Below are positions 25,777 to 35,787 of a DNA stretch of 64,000 nucleotides, piece by piece; position 1 is the stretch's first letter; every line of letters begins with the position of its first letter. Location of the stretch: positions 307,713 to 371,712 of the forward strand of contig JAKVNF010000004.1 of assembly GCA_022483465.1 (NCBI GenBank), given 5' to 3'. The notes below the pieces were generated by a model. That model did not search any database. It was given only the letters and a program-made list of their open reading frames with translations, and had not been told where the DNA came from. The DNA comes from Lachnospiraceae bacterium. GTDB taxonomy: Bacteria > Bacillota > Clostridia > Lachnospirales > Lachnospiraceae. Position numbers and translations under genes: made by a program.

Positions 25777-26745
25777 CTACTGCTGCTTTGTAGCAGATCT
25801 TGTGGACCCTCTCCAGATTACGTTTACTGCTATTTTAAAGATATCGTTGTTACTGTTGCCAATCAGGTCCTGAACCAGACACTGGGCAGCAAGATATCCC
25901 CGCTCATAGTTCGGAATTTCGATCGTTGTGATCCCGTACTCCCTGGATTCTTCTGTCCCGTCAAAGCCCGTGATTGCAATGTCCTCCGGAATTCTCTTGC
26001 CCATCTGCCGAAACATCTTCATCGCACCGATCGCCATATTATCATTGACGCAGACCAGAATCTCGGGAAGATCTTCCGTCATCAGCATGAGTCTCGCCGC
26101 CTGATATCCGCTCTTTTCCTTGAAATCTCCCAGATAGTATCGGTTTCTTGAAAAGCTGATTCCATGCTCATCCAAGACATCTGAGAAGGCCTTGTAGCGC
26201 TCCTGGTTATCCAGGGTGTCCGGCCCAGCAAGGAAAGCAAACCGTCGATATCCTCTTGCCACCAGACCTGTCATCAGCTCTCTCATGGCACGATAGTTGT
26301 CCACAACAACACTCTTGATGTTCGGTGTGGTAAAGATGCGGTCCATTGTCACAATCCGATAGCCCTCTCTTGCCTTGTCCAAAAGAAGGCTGTCCCTGCA
26401 ATTTCGATCCAAAATGATTGCACCTGACGTATACCGAGAATCCATAAACTTCTCGCAAGAGCCCGTCGTGCTGATGATCAAGTCAAAATGATGCGCATAA
26501 ACGTAATCACTGATTCCATGGATGATTTCAAGATAGAATTTCCTGTCAAAATCACTGAAGTTAAATAGAATCGTGTTAGTATCTTTTTTACTGTATTTTC
26601 TTTCCTTAATATCAAGACCATATTGATGACACAGTTCGAGAATTCTTTGCTTCTGCCTTGCACTGACATTTCCCCTGTCATTGAGCGCATTTGAGACGGT
26701 AGAAGGGGACACTCCGGCCAACTCTGCAATCTCTTTTAATGTCAA
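25777..26745 (-). CDS. LacI-family transcriptional regulator
   Basis: N-terminal HTH MTLKEIAELAGVSPSTVSNALN and a periplasmic-binding-protein-like sugar-sensing core, next to a sugar operon. Confidence 0.9.
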   Translation of the reverse strand: MTLKEIAELAGVSPSTVSNALNDRGNVSARQKQRILELCHQYGLDIKERKYSKKDTNTILFNFSDFDRKFYLEIIHGISDYVYAHHFDLIISTTGSCEKFMDSRYTSGAIILDRNCRDSLLLDKAREGYRIVTMDRIFTTPNIKSVVVDNYRAMRELMTGLVARGYRRFAFLAGPDTLDNQERYKAFSDVLDEHGISFSRNRYYLGDFKEKSGYQAARLMLMTEDLPEILVCVNDNMAIGAMKMFRQMGKRIPEDIAITGFDGTEESREYGITTIEIPNYERGYLAAQCLVQDLIGNSNNDIFKIAVNVIWRGSTRSATKQQ

Positions 26746-26922
26746 GATACGTCCTCCTTCTCTGTTATTGAAGACTTACAAATCCTATCTTCCAGCATCA
26801 TCTCATATTTTCCATCCTGCTGCTGTATCATTAACTAAAAAACAGGCCGGCATTCTCACTTGCTCTGCCGCCTGTGGGAATATCGGTCTGTACCCGTCAC
26901 CGCATGAAATGGAAAATACGCA

Positions 26923-28590
26923 TTACTGTAGAACCAGCGCCTCATAAGGGCGGAGGTTTATGATTTTTTCCACGTTGCTGTCTTTATAATTGGAAATCAG
27001 AATTCCCGCATGATCAAATTCTTCCGGCAGGTTCCAACTTATCTCTTTTTTTGTAAAGTTGCAAATTACCAGGAGCTTTTCTCCGTTCCACTCTCTCTCG
27101 TAACAAAAGAGGTCTGGATTCTCCTGATCCAGGAGTTGGTAGTGGCCATGTACGATGAGATCCGAGTCGTGCCGTAACTGTATCAGTTTTTGGTAATAAT
27201 GGTACACAGAATCGGCATCTTCCTGTTCATCCTTCGCATTGTATCTGACATAATTAGGGTTTACCGGCATCCATGGCGTTCCACTGGAAAAGCCCGCATT
27301 TTTGCCCTCATCCCATTGCATTGGCGTTCTGGCATTATCTCTGCTGATGGTACGCAATGCTGTAAACGCATCTTTCTCGTCAACAATTCCCTTTTCCACT
27401 GCCTGCCTGTAGTTGCCAAGCGATTCATTGTCCTTCATCTCAGAGAGGTTCTTCCATGGGTAGTTTGTCATTCCCAGTTCTTCTCCCTCAAAGATATAGG
27501 GCGTTCCCTGCATCATATGCAGGCATGTTGCAAGCATCTTTGCAGAAAGATCATGATATCTCTCACTATCATCCCCCCACCTTGAAACTATCCTTGGCTG
27601 ATCGTGATTGTCCCAGAACAGGCTGTTCCATGCAATCCCATCTAACTGAGTCTGCCACCGGCTCATAATCTTCTTTAGCTTCACCAGGTTTAGTGGAAGT
27701 TTTTTCACATATCGGCTGAACGCAGGGTCAGCATCAACAGACATGTGCTCGAAGGAAAACACCATGGAGAGTTCACTCCCATCAAGGTTTGCATACTGCT
27801 TTGTCCCCTCAAGCGTGACACCTGGACATTCTCCCACCGTCATTACATCATATCTAGAGAGAACCTTATGATTCATCTCCCGAAGATATTCATGCTCATG
27901 CGGACCATTTGCCACAATGTCAAAAGGCGCATAACCTGTCTTGTCCGCGGGATAGTCCGGGAACGACTGGTCTTTTGAAATCAGACTAATGACATCCATC
28001 CGGAATCCGTCGATTCCTTTTTGCAGCCACCAATCCATCATTCTATAGACCTCATCTCTGAGAACAGGATTATCCCAGTTGAGATCCGGCTGTCTACGAT
28101 CGAACAGATGCATATAAAACTGACCCGTGGTCTCATCCAAGGTCCAGGCAGATCCACCCACACAGGATCCCTGATTGTTTGGTGCATGGCCATTTACCGG
28201 ATCGCGCCAGATGTAATAGTCGCGATACGGATTTTGTATGCTTTTTCTGGATTCTTGAAACCACTGATGCTGATCGGATGAGTGATTAACCACAAGGTCC
28301 AGGATGATCCGAATCTTCATTGCATGGGCTTCTTCCAACAGGCGATCAAAATCCTCCATGGTTCCAAATTCCTCCATGATCGCCTGATAGTCGCTGATAT
28401 CATAGCCGTTATCTACATTTGGAGATTTGTAAATCGGCGAAAGCCAAATGACATCTATCCCAAGATCCTTCAGGTATGGCAGTCTTTGACGAATACCATT
28501 TAAATCTCCTATTCCATCTCCATTGCTGTCCATAAAGCTGCGTGGATAGATCTGATATACTACGCTCCGCTGCCACCATTTCTCCTGCAT
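26923..28590 (-). CDS. GH13 alpha-glucosidase (oligo-1,6-glucosidase / isomaltase type)
   Basis: WWQRSVVYQIYPRSFMDSNGDGIGDLNG, DLVVNHSS, GIDGFRMDVI (nucleophile region), VGECPG (acid/base region) and FWDNHDQPR. These are the canonical GH13 subfamily 31-like conserved regions. Confidence 0.9.
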   Translation of the reverse strand: MQEKWWQRSVVYQIYPRSFMDSNGDGIGDLNGIRQRLPYLKDLGIDVIWLSPIYKSPNVDNGYDISDYQAIMEEFGTMEDFDRLLEEAHAMKIRIILDLVVNHSSDQHQWFQESRKSIQNPYRDYYIWRDPVNGHAPNNQGSCVGGSAWTLDETTGQFYMHLFDRRQPDLNWDNPVLRDEVYRMMDWWLQKGIDGFRMDVISLISKDQSFPDYPADKTGYAPFDIVANGPHEHEYLREMNHKVLSRYDVMTVGECPGVTLEGTKQYANLDGSELSMVFSFEHMSVDADPAFSRYVKKLPLNLVKLKKIMSRWQTQLDGIAWNSLFWDNHDQPRIVSRWGDDSERYHDLSAKMLATCLHMMQGTPYIFEGEELGMTNYPWKNLSEMKDNESLGNYRQAVEKGIVDEKDAFTALRTISRDNARTPMQWDEGKNAGFSSGTPWMPVNPNYVRYNAKDEQEDADSVYHYYQKLIQLRHDSDLIVHGHYQLLDQENPDLFCYEREWNGEKLLVICNFTKKEISWNLPEEFDHAGILISNYKDSNVEKIINLRPYEALVLQ

Positions 28591-28612
28591 TTTCTATTCC
28601 TTTCTTCTCACT

Positions 28613-29467
28613 TCATCCTTTTACTGCACCGGCTGCAACACCTTTTACAATGTATTTCTGTGCACTCAGATAGAAAATAATCACCGGGATGATCGCGAAC
28701 GTCAGCGCCGCCATGGACATATTCCACTGAATGTTATACTGTCCAAAGAACAATGCCATCGCAAGCGGAATGGTCTTGTTCTCAACACTTGTCAACGTGA
28801 GAGACGGAAGGAGGTAGTCATTCCAGATCCAAATGACATTTAAGATGGTAACGGTAACCGTTATCGGCTTTAGAATGGGAAACACCACTTGCCAGAATAC
28901 TCTCCACACACTTGCACCATCTATATATGCTGCTTCCTCCAGGGAGGCAGGAACGGAAGCCCGGATAAAACCGTCATACAGGAAGACGCCCATTCCGGCG
29001 CCAAAACCAATGTACATGAAGATCAGGCCGCCAAGTGAGTCCTTAAAGGCGATTCCCGTCGCCTTTTGCATGCTGTTCATCTCCTGCATCAAAGGCATCA
29101 TGATGGTCTGGAAGGGGACCAGCATTGTGACAATCAAAACGGAAAACAGAAATTTGCTCAGTCTGTTTCCAGAACGCACAAACATCCATGCAGTCATAGA
29201 TGTGAGTACGAGGATGATGATGCAAGAGATCACTGTGACAATCAGGGAGTTTTTGAACGCAATAAAGAAGTTCATCTTCTGAAATGCGCCCAGGTAATAC
29301 TCCATCGTAAAGTGCTTCGGCAAAGCAAGGAAGTTTTCATACATCTCTGATCGACTCTTGAAGGAGTTAACCACGATGATATAAACCGGATAGAGCCAGA
29401 TGCAACAGAACACTATGAGAAGGATGTTCCAAAGGACTCCAAGTCTCTTCTTTATCGAGGTTGTCAT
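28613..29467 (-). CDS. Carbohydrate ABC transporter permease (MalG-like)
   Basis: 284 aa with 6 TM segments and an EAA-loop-like motif (EEAAYIDGASVWRVFWQVVFP). Confidence 0.85.
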   Translation of the reverse strand: MTTSIKKRLGVLWNILLIVFCCIWLYPVYIIVVNSFKSRSEMYENFLALPKHFTMEYYLGAFQKMNFFIAFKNSLIVTVISCIIILVLTSMTAWMFVRSGNRLSKFLFSVLIVTMLVPFQTIMMPLMQEMNSMQKATGIAFKDSLGGLIFMYIGFGAGMGVFLYDGFIRASVPASLEEAAYIDGASVWRVFWQVVFPILKPITVTVTILNVIWIWNDYLLPSLTLTSVENKTIPLAMALFFGQYNIQWNMSMAALTFAIIPVIIFYLSAQKYIVKGVAAGAVKG

Positions 29468-30333
29468 AATGTCACCTCCTTGCTCTTCGTCAGCCTCACC
29501 TGAAGCAGTGTGATGACTGCGATGATGAAGAACAGAATGACCGCTTTTGCCTGACCGTAACCAAAGTTACTCTTGGTAAAGATCTCATTAAAGATGTTCA
29601 TGGCAACCAGTTGCGTCGCATTATTCGGTCCGCCACCTGTCAGAGAAACATTAACGTCATACATCTTGAAACAGTTTGAGAGCGTCATGAAAAGGCAGAT
29701 TGTGATAGATGGCATAATCAGTGGAAGTTTTACGTAAAATAGTGTCTGAATGCCATTAGCTCCATCCACAGCAGCCGCCTCAATCACATCATCTGAGATT
29801 GCCTGAAAGCCGGCAATATAGATGATCATCATATATCCCGCAAGCTGCCAGGTTGTCACAACAATCAATGCGTAAAAAGCAAATTTCTTGTCCACCAGCC
29901 AATTGAAAAAGAGATTATCCATTCCAGTCAGGCTTGCAAGACTTGACATCCCCTCTCCAAGAACATAGTTCCATATGTAGCCCAGGATCAGTCCACCAAT
30001 CAGATAAGGCATGAAGATCATGGCCCTTGCCACGTTTCTGGTCTTCAACCTAGATGTAACGATGATGGCAAACAACAGTGCCAAAATATTGACAATCACG
30101 ACCGTGATCAACGTAAAGATCGTTGTCCTTAAGAGAGAGCTCAGAAAGAGCTTATCCGAGAAAATGCGGGCGTAATTCTGAAGCCCAACAAAGGTTTTCG
30201 GAGACTTCCCCAATCCGTTCCATTTCACAAACGAATATCCGATTCCAGTGACGAAGGGAATAAGTTCTATGATGGCGAAAATGATCATCAGTGGGGCAGT
30301 GAACAGAATGTACCATCCTTTTTTTATTTTCAT
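29464..30333 (-). CDS. Carbohydrate ABC transporter permease (MalF-like)
   Basis: The start was refined to MKIKKGWYILFT (ATG 30333). EAA motif IEAAAVDGANGIQTLFYVKLP. It overlaps the downstream permease gene by 4 nt. Confidence 0.85.
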   Translation of the reverse strand: MKIKKGWYILFTAPLMIIFAIIELIPFVTGIGYSFVKWNGLGKSPKTFVGLQNYARIFSDKLFLSSLLRTTIFTLITVVIVNILALLFAIIVTSRLKTRNVARAMIFMPYLIGGLILGYIWNYVLGEGMSSLASLTGMDNLFFNWLVDKKFAFYALIVVTTWQLAGYMMIIYIAGFQAISDDVIEAAAVDGANGIQTLFYVKLPLIMPSITICLFMTLSNCFKMYDVNVSLTGGGPNNATQLVAMNIFNEIFTKSNFGYGQAKAVILFFIIAVITLLQVRLTKSKEVTL

Positions 30334-30416
30334 ACCTTTTGTCCTTTGCAGTGTGATGAAATGATAAGGGGTGCTGCCAACAGGCAGCACCCCCATAGAT
30401 CAGGCATTCATGCCGA

Positions 30417-31751
30417 TTATTCAGACGCAGCCTGAACAAAATTGTCATTCAATGCTCGTAAGTAATCATCCGCCGTCATATCTGGATTGGAGAAGAACTC
30501 CTCAGTCGTGGGTGCCAGGTAGGTGGTCACAATGCCTGCCGGCCAGCTGGTGTTGAATGTCCAAGGAAGGATATTTCCGCTTGTAATAGCATCCGAAACG
30601 GTCTGAGAGAGAGGATCAAGGTTGTCTGCTGTCATGCCTTCGATGACCGGGACAAAACCAAACTTGTTCATCAGATAGTCAGTACCAGTTTCGCTGGTAT
30701 AGAGCCAGTTCAGGAAGTCTTTGCCAAGCTGCTGCTCTTCTTCAGTTGCATCGGAATTGACTGCCCAGACAGCCGGACGGCTGACCGCAATTTTATCGTT
30801 TCCATCAATAGGAAGTGCTGCAATGCCCATGTCAAAGCTCACATCATAATCTGCGAACATCGAATAGCACCAGTTGCCCTGATGGATGGTTGCTGTCTTT
30901 CCTGTTGCAAAATTACCGACGTTTGTGTCGTAGGTTACCTCAAGAGGATTTGTCTCATTTGCACGAATTGCTTCAAATAATTTTCCAAGCTGCTGGAACT
31001 CATCCACATCTGCGATATTGACTTCACCGTCATAAACTTTCTGGCAAAATGCATCCGGATCATCCTGCAGAGCGAATGGCGTATTCAGAATATGGCCAAT
31101 CAGGAAATATGCTTCCTGGGAAAGGCCAACCCCTTCTACGCCGCTGTCCTTCTCGGTTTCAATATAGGAGACGAGATCATCAATGCTGGAAATCTTAGAG
31201 GGATCATAGAGATCCTTGTTGTAAACGAGACCAAAGCCCTCTGCAGTGGTTGGAATACCAATCACGGTTCCGTCGTCATTCTTTGCCAGGAGAGAATCAT
31301 TCTCCTTGTCGATGAAGGAAAGATCTGTAAGCGGAGACATATAGTCTTTCAACTCTGCAATCTCCGTATCAGATTCAACCGTAAAAATTGTGGGGCCGGA
31401 TTCAGATGACAGATACGTCTTAAGGTTCTGGTAATAGTCATCTCCGGAGATCTGCCATACATCGACAGCCACACCCGTCTCTGCCTCATAGTCTTTTGCC
31501 ATGGCAACCATCTGATCGTAAATTTCCGTCTTGTTCTGGAAAATGGTTATCTTCTGATCACCTGACGAGGTGGCACTGTCTGAGGCCGCTTCTGTCGTAT
31601 TCTGGGATGCTGTATCATCCGCAGAAGTTGCCGCTGCAGTTGCTTCTGAAGAAGCCGAGCTATCTGCTGTGCTGGAAGAGCCGCACCCTGCAAGGATAGA
31701 CGCACCGACTGCAAGAGTCATAACAAGCGATAATACTTTTTTCTTTTTCAT
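30417..31751 (-). CDS. Extracellular sugar-binding lipoprotein of the ABC transporter
   Basis: The start was refined to MKKKKVLSLVMTLAVGASILAGC (lipobox LAGC, RBS GGAGGG), followed by a Ser/Thr/Ala-rich linker and a family-1 solute-binding fold pattern. Confidence 0.85.
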   Translation of the reverse strand: MKKKKVLSLVMTLAVGASILAGCGSSSTADSSASSEATAAATSADDTASQNTTEAASDSATSSGDQKITIFQNKTEIYDQMVAMAKDYEAETGVAVDVWQISGDDYYQNLKTYLSSESGPTIFTVESDTEIAELKDYMSPLTDLSFIDKENDSLLAKNDDGTVIGIPTTAEGFGLVYNKDLYDPSKISSIDDLVSYIETEKDSGVEGVGLSQEAYFLIGHILNTPFALQDDPDAFCQKVYDGEVNIADVDEFQQLGKLFEAIRANETNPLEVTYDTNVGNFATGKTATIHQGNWCYSMFADYDVSFDMGIAALPIDGNDKIAVSRPAVWAVNSDATEEEQQLGKDFLNWLYTSETGTDYLMNKFGFVPVIEGMTADNLDPLSQTVSDAITSGNILPWTFNTSWPAGIVTTYLAPTTEEFFSNPDMTADDYLRALNDNFVQAASE

Positions 31752-32275
31752 ACTTCCCTCCATTTTCTGTTTGATGGATGTTGTAAAATTTTCCCCTTGC
31801 CTCAGGTAAATTCTTCTCTGAGACTGACTATAGTATTACCCATTGTCTCTATATTAGTCAATATGCTGTAATAAATTTCGGAATTAGTGCTAATAATTGT
31901 GTATAATGTCTTCATAAAATGCTGAAAATATAAATTTTATGAGTAAAATTCATTATAAATTTATGTACTACTATTGTAAATTTACTATAATTGCATTACT
32001 TGTGCTCCTCCAGATATCAATTACCCCGATCAGTCACCTACCTGTTTGCCATTTATCCTAAGACGGCGCCAAAAGTAGCACCATATTTCAGCAAGATATT
32101 TTCATTGTATCCTTTATCTCTAATTCCCGGGTATGTTGATAACTTTACACTTTTCAACTTTCCATCAACCGCGGGCTTTTTGGAACTTCGCCCGCGGAAA
32201 ATAATGGGCTAAATATTACGGATCCATGGTAATCGGCTCCTGTTTTTGGAACTCAATGATAACTTCGCTTGTTGC

Positions 32276-34507
32276 TCAGGCCCCGTCTCGCTTTGTCCCG
32301 GAAAGATCTGCTTCCCTGGCCTCACGCTCAAGTGTCTTCTTGTTCTTGGATCCCGGTGGCCTGCCTGGCTTTCTCTTGACGTGTACGATACCTGCAGCTG
32401 CCTCGGCTGCCTCTCGCTCGAGGGTCTTCTTGTTCTTGGATCCAGGCGGTCTGCCCCGGCCTCTCTTTTTCGTTATTCCGTCTGAAGAGTCGGCTGTCCG
32501 CGGTACAGAAGTTGCATCCTGCTTTCCTTTGTCCGGAGCAGGTATTGCACCATTGCCATCTGTGATGACATCTGTTGGCTTTTCACCTGAGACGCCGGCT
32601 TCTGGTACTGTCAACGGATCGCTGCTATTCGTGTCGAAAGAAGCAACGGATTTTCCACTGGCATCATCCTCAGCAATCCTGAGCCCTGCCTTTTCCGCCG
32701 CTTTTCTCACGCGAATCAGCTCGTTTGCCTTGCGCTTTTTCTCGATTTCATCATCCGAGAGATAAGCTTTGCGTGCAAATGCGTACTTCCTTGTGAGTTT
32801 GTTTTTCTCACCCTCTTTGAAGACATAGGTGAGCGCATTGTCCTTCCGATTGATCTTGAAAGGGCTGGCAATCCGGAAGGCATCGTAGAAATCTCTGGCC
32901 TGTCGGATCGGAATCTCGGGGAGAATGACCTCATCAAAAACCTCCGCCTTCTGACCACGCAGTTCCAGAAACAGGCTGGAGGGAGATTCCCTGAAAACCT
33001 GCCCAACTGGGATCTGTTCAAGGAAGCTCTTCCCGCTCTTGTCGGTCATGGCATCCTCGGAAGGTTCATCCAGAGCTTTGGCAAGTGCCGGGGATACCTC
33101 CACATACCTGCTGTCCACCATACCGAGACGATTCTTGATGACGATAACAAGAAACGTGGCAATGAACGCAATCAGCATGTGTCCTTTCAGGGTCTCCATG
33201 TTGTGCTGCCGTACCGGAAGGAACTTTGCATAGTTCTTGCCAAAGTCAAAGTACTGCTCGATATCCTGGCGGACATAGTATTCCGGAAGGACCTCCTCTA
33301 CAGGAAGGTCTCTTGTAGTGACGATGGCAAAAACACCAAGCTGCTCAGAAATCTCGAGGATCTGGTCACAGGTCATCTTCCTGGCAGACTTCGTCTTCAT
33401 CAGCCGTGTGTACTTGAAGGAGCTGCTGTCGCGGTCTCTGCAGAGATAAACAAACCCTGTGACGTCCTTCCCGGTTTCCTGATCGACGGCGATCTTCGTC
33501 TCGACCTTGACGATATAGAGAATGCGGTCCCTGTACCGAATCGCATTTGTGTCATCTTTAAGCTCCGCGGCATGCTCATCCAGGATCTGCTTGTACAGAT
33601 CATAGGTGGGATTCAGTCGGGTCATGAAGTCAATGCCAGAGAGAACAAGTTTCTCCATGGTAGAGGGACAGCAGTATCCTGCATCACCAATGGCATAAGA
33701 AACATCGCAGTGATACTGTTTCGCCAGCTCAATGATGCGCTGTGTCGTGGAAACATCCACGATGTTGCCCGGGATGATCTCATAGAAGATCGGCAGTCCG
33801 GTAGACCGCTGAACAAGGGCAATCATCCGGAACTCGATATTGATATCGCCCTCATGGTTGCTGACACGGGTGACCGGGAGATCACACTTGTTTGGCATTC
33901 CGGTGCTGTCGATCAGGATAGAAACCTCCTGATCCGTTGAATTCAGCAGATACTTGATATGCGCAAGAAGGAAGTCCCTGCGCTGGCTGTCGTCGCCGAG
34001 CTTTGCCAGCATATCACTGATCCGCTGGCTGTAAATGTTGGCCTTCGGGAACAGGTACGATGCATAGTTCTGTCGATACCACCTGTCGGCATTCACGTTC
34101 GCCTTTCCCTCAAGGATGTAATAGAAAAGGAGGGCGTACAGAGTGTCCCGATTCACATATTTGAGAGAGTCAAGGACTTCGTTATAGCCGATCGAATCGA
34201 TCAGTGTTTTCAGGAAGTAGGAGTCGCCGAAGTCCACAAGCACATGCCGCTCTTTTCGCGCTCCGTCAGGGTTCTGTTCCGCGTTCGGGACATCCTTTGC
34301 CTCAAGTGCAGTGATGCTCTGATCATCCGGATTGAAATGGAAGTAACCTTCATCCCGTTTCCAGAAGATAAGGCGGTCCTTGTCGATCACCTTTCCGAGG
34401 TACTTCTGCCCCTGCTTCCTGGGGCCCTGATCCGTCTGAATCGTAGAGCCTGGCCATACAGCAACAAGTGTGCCGGATGAGTTATTGCGATAAGAAATGC
34501 TAGGCAT
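32276..34507 (-). CDS. IS1634/IS4-like DDE transposase (743 aa) with a C-terminal duplicated AT-hook-like tail
   Basis: The transposase core is homologous to the other IS proteins in the window (e.g. GLPIFYEIIPGNIVDVST..., DAGYCCPS). The C-terminus carries two GRPPGSKNKKTLEREA repeats. The putative element ends are ATAACTT at about 32259 and AAGTTAT at about 34526 (approximate). Confidence 0.75.
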   Translation of the reverse strand: MPSISYRNNSSGTLVAVWPGSTIQTDQGPRKQGQKYLGKVIDKDRLIFWKRDEGYFHFNPDDQSITALEAKDVPNAEQNPDGARKERHVLVDFGDSYFLKTLIDSIGYNEVLDSLKYVNRDTLYALLFYYILEGKANVNADRWYRQNYASYLFPKANIYSQRISDMLAKLGDDSQRRDFLLAHIKYLLNSTDQEVSILIDSTGMPNKCDLPVTRVSNHEGDINIEFRMIALVQRSTGLPIFYEIIPGNIVDVSTTQRIIELAKQYHCDVSYAIGDAGYCCPSTMEKLVLSGIDFMTRLNPTYDLYKQILDEHAAELKDDTNAIRYRDRILYIVKVETKIAVDQETGKDVTGFVYLCRDRDSSSFKYTRLMKTKSARKMTCDQILEISEQLGVFAIVTTRDLPVEEVLPEYYVRQDIEQYFDFGKNYAKFLPVRQHNMETLKGHMLIAFIATFLVIVIKNRLGMVDSRYVEVSPALAKALDEPSEDAMTDKSGKSFLEQIPVGQVFRESPSSLFLELRGQKAEVFDEVILPEIPIRQARDFYDAFRIASPFKINRKDNALTYVFKEGEKNKLTRKYAFARKAYLSDDEIEKKRKANELIRVRKAAEKAGLRIAEDDASGKSVASFDTNSSDPLTVPEAGVSGEKPTDVITDGNGAIPAPDKGKQDATSVPRTADSSDGITKKRGRGRPPGSKNKKTLEREAAEAAAGIVHVKRKPGRPPGSKNKKTLEREAREADLSGTKRDGA

Positions 34508-34643
34508 TTATTCGTCCTCAAGTTATTGTTTGTGATAACTTATTGTACGATATTTTGCCCGGCTTCGCAATAGTAGTAGCCAAGAAACACCGTGCTTTAG
34601 GCACTTTTTTGAAAATATTGTGCAGAAATATTCCCGAGAGTTA

Positions 34644-35747
34644 TCAAGTTACCCGGGAAATAGAGTTTATGAAAGCTTTTAGAGAGAACGTACTGGGTAT
34701 CTCGATATCCATCTGTTTATAGAATTCTCGGACACTCTTGTTCGGCACTTCAACTTCGATATCTCCATTTCGATTTTTTAAGCACATGAGCGATGAAGTA
34801 CTTCCGATTAGTCGAGTAGTTGCTATCCCTACTCCAAGGAGCTCCTTGCGTAAAAATAGAAAGGCAATTTCCTCGATAATATCCGAGAACAGCTTACCCT
34901 TTACTCTTTCTGCTGTCCATTTTACAATTGGCAGGATATCGAGATATTCCTTCTCTGTTTTGAAAACTGTTTCGATATCGGCTCTGGCAAAATAGGAATC
35001 CAAAGTATCGGCAGGTGTCATGTTTTTGTTAGTGATTAGAGCGAAGTAACCGAACTTTACGTCAAACCAGTTTTTATCAGCCATGCTGAGCTTCTCGTAT
35101 GCTTCTGGATCTTTCATCCTGTTCTGACGGCCAAGCTCAAGAGCATTGTCTTTATCTACATATACATATGCATTTTCATAATTCTCAAAGATCTTTACCG
35201 TTTTGCAATATCCAAAATAGGTATGACCATGACGGTCAAACTGATATTTTGAGTTTGGTATCAGACGTTTTAGTTCATTGTATAGCTGCTTATATGGGTA
35301 TCCTCTTTTTGCAGGCATTCTTGCAAGCATTGTTCGAAATTTCTTTCCCTCTTCCGGAGAATCCGTCTTTGACGGAAGGTGAAACATCTCGATCAAAGGT
35401 TTGCAAATATAACCAGCATCCAAAACAAGGCTGTCAATCCGTACATCCAATATTTCGGCAACATTAGATATGATAAATGTGATCGTACTGAGATCCAGAA
35501 GATTTCCAGGTATTACATCGAACCAGACCGGTATTCCGGTACTTTCATCCAAAACCAAGATAAGGCGGGTCTGAATAGAAGTATAAGAAACGCCACGAGA
35601 GCACAAGGCATTAAACGGATTATTTTTGATATCATTCGGCAATGGTGTTGAATCTGCATAACATCCAACGCCAAAATCAGGATTTGATTTTCTTTGGTAT
35701 TTAATGAAGCTCTTAAAGAATGTTACCTTAAGTTGATTATCTCCCAT
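34644..35747 (-). pseudogene. 5'-truncated IS1634/IS4-like transposase (C-terminal two-thirds only)
   Basis: The 367-aa ORF starts within the catalytic region (GIPVWFDVIPGNLLDLST..., LDAGYICKP), parallel to residues ~230+ of the 743-aa homologue. Its missing N-terminal part would lie where IS copy B begins (35788). A terminal motif GATAACTTATTGTAC is at about 34534. Confidence 0.65.
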
Positions 35748-35787
35748 TGTTTCGAAGTAAGGGAAATCTGAACCAAGCCGTTCAACC

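Noticed and set aside
31764-32258. AT-rich intergenic region upstream of the sugar ABC operon, examined for a LacI-type palindromic operator (e.g. TGTAAATTTACT near 31975).
   Set aside because: Only imperfect half-site symmetry was found, with no central CG. I cannot separate it from background in such AT-rich sequence without a position weight matrix.
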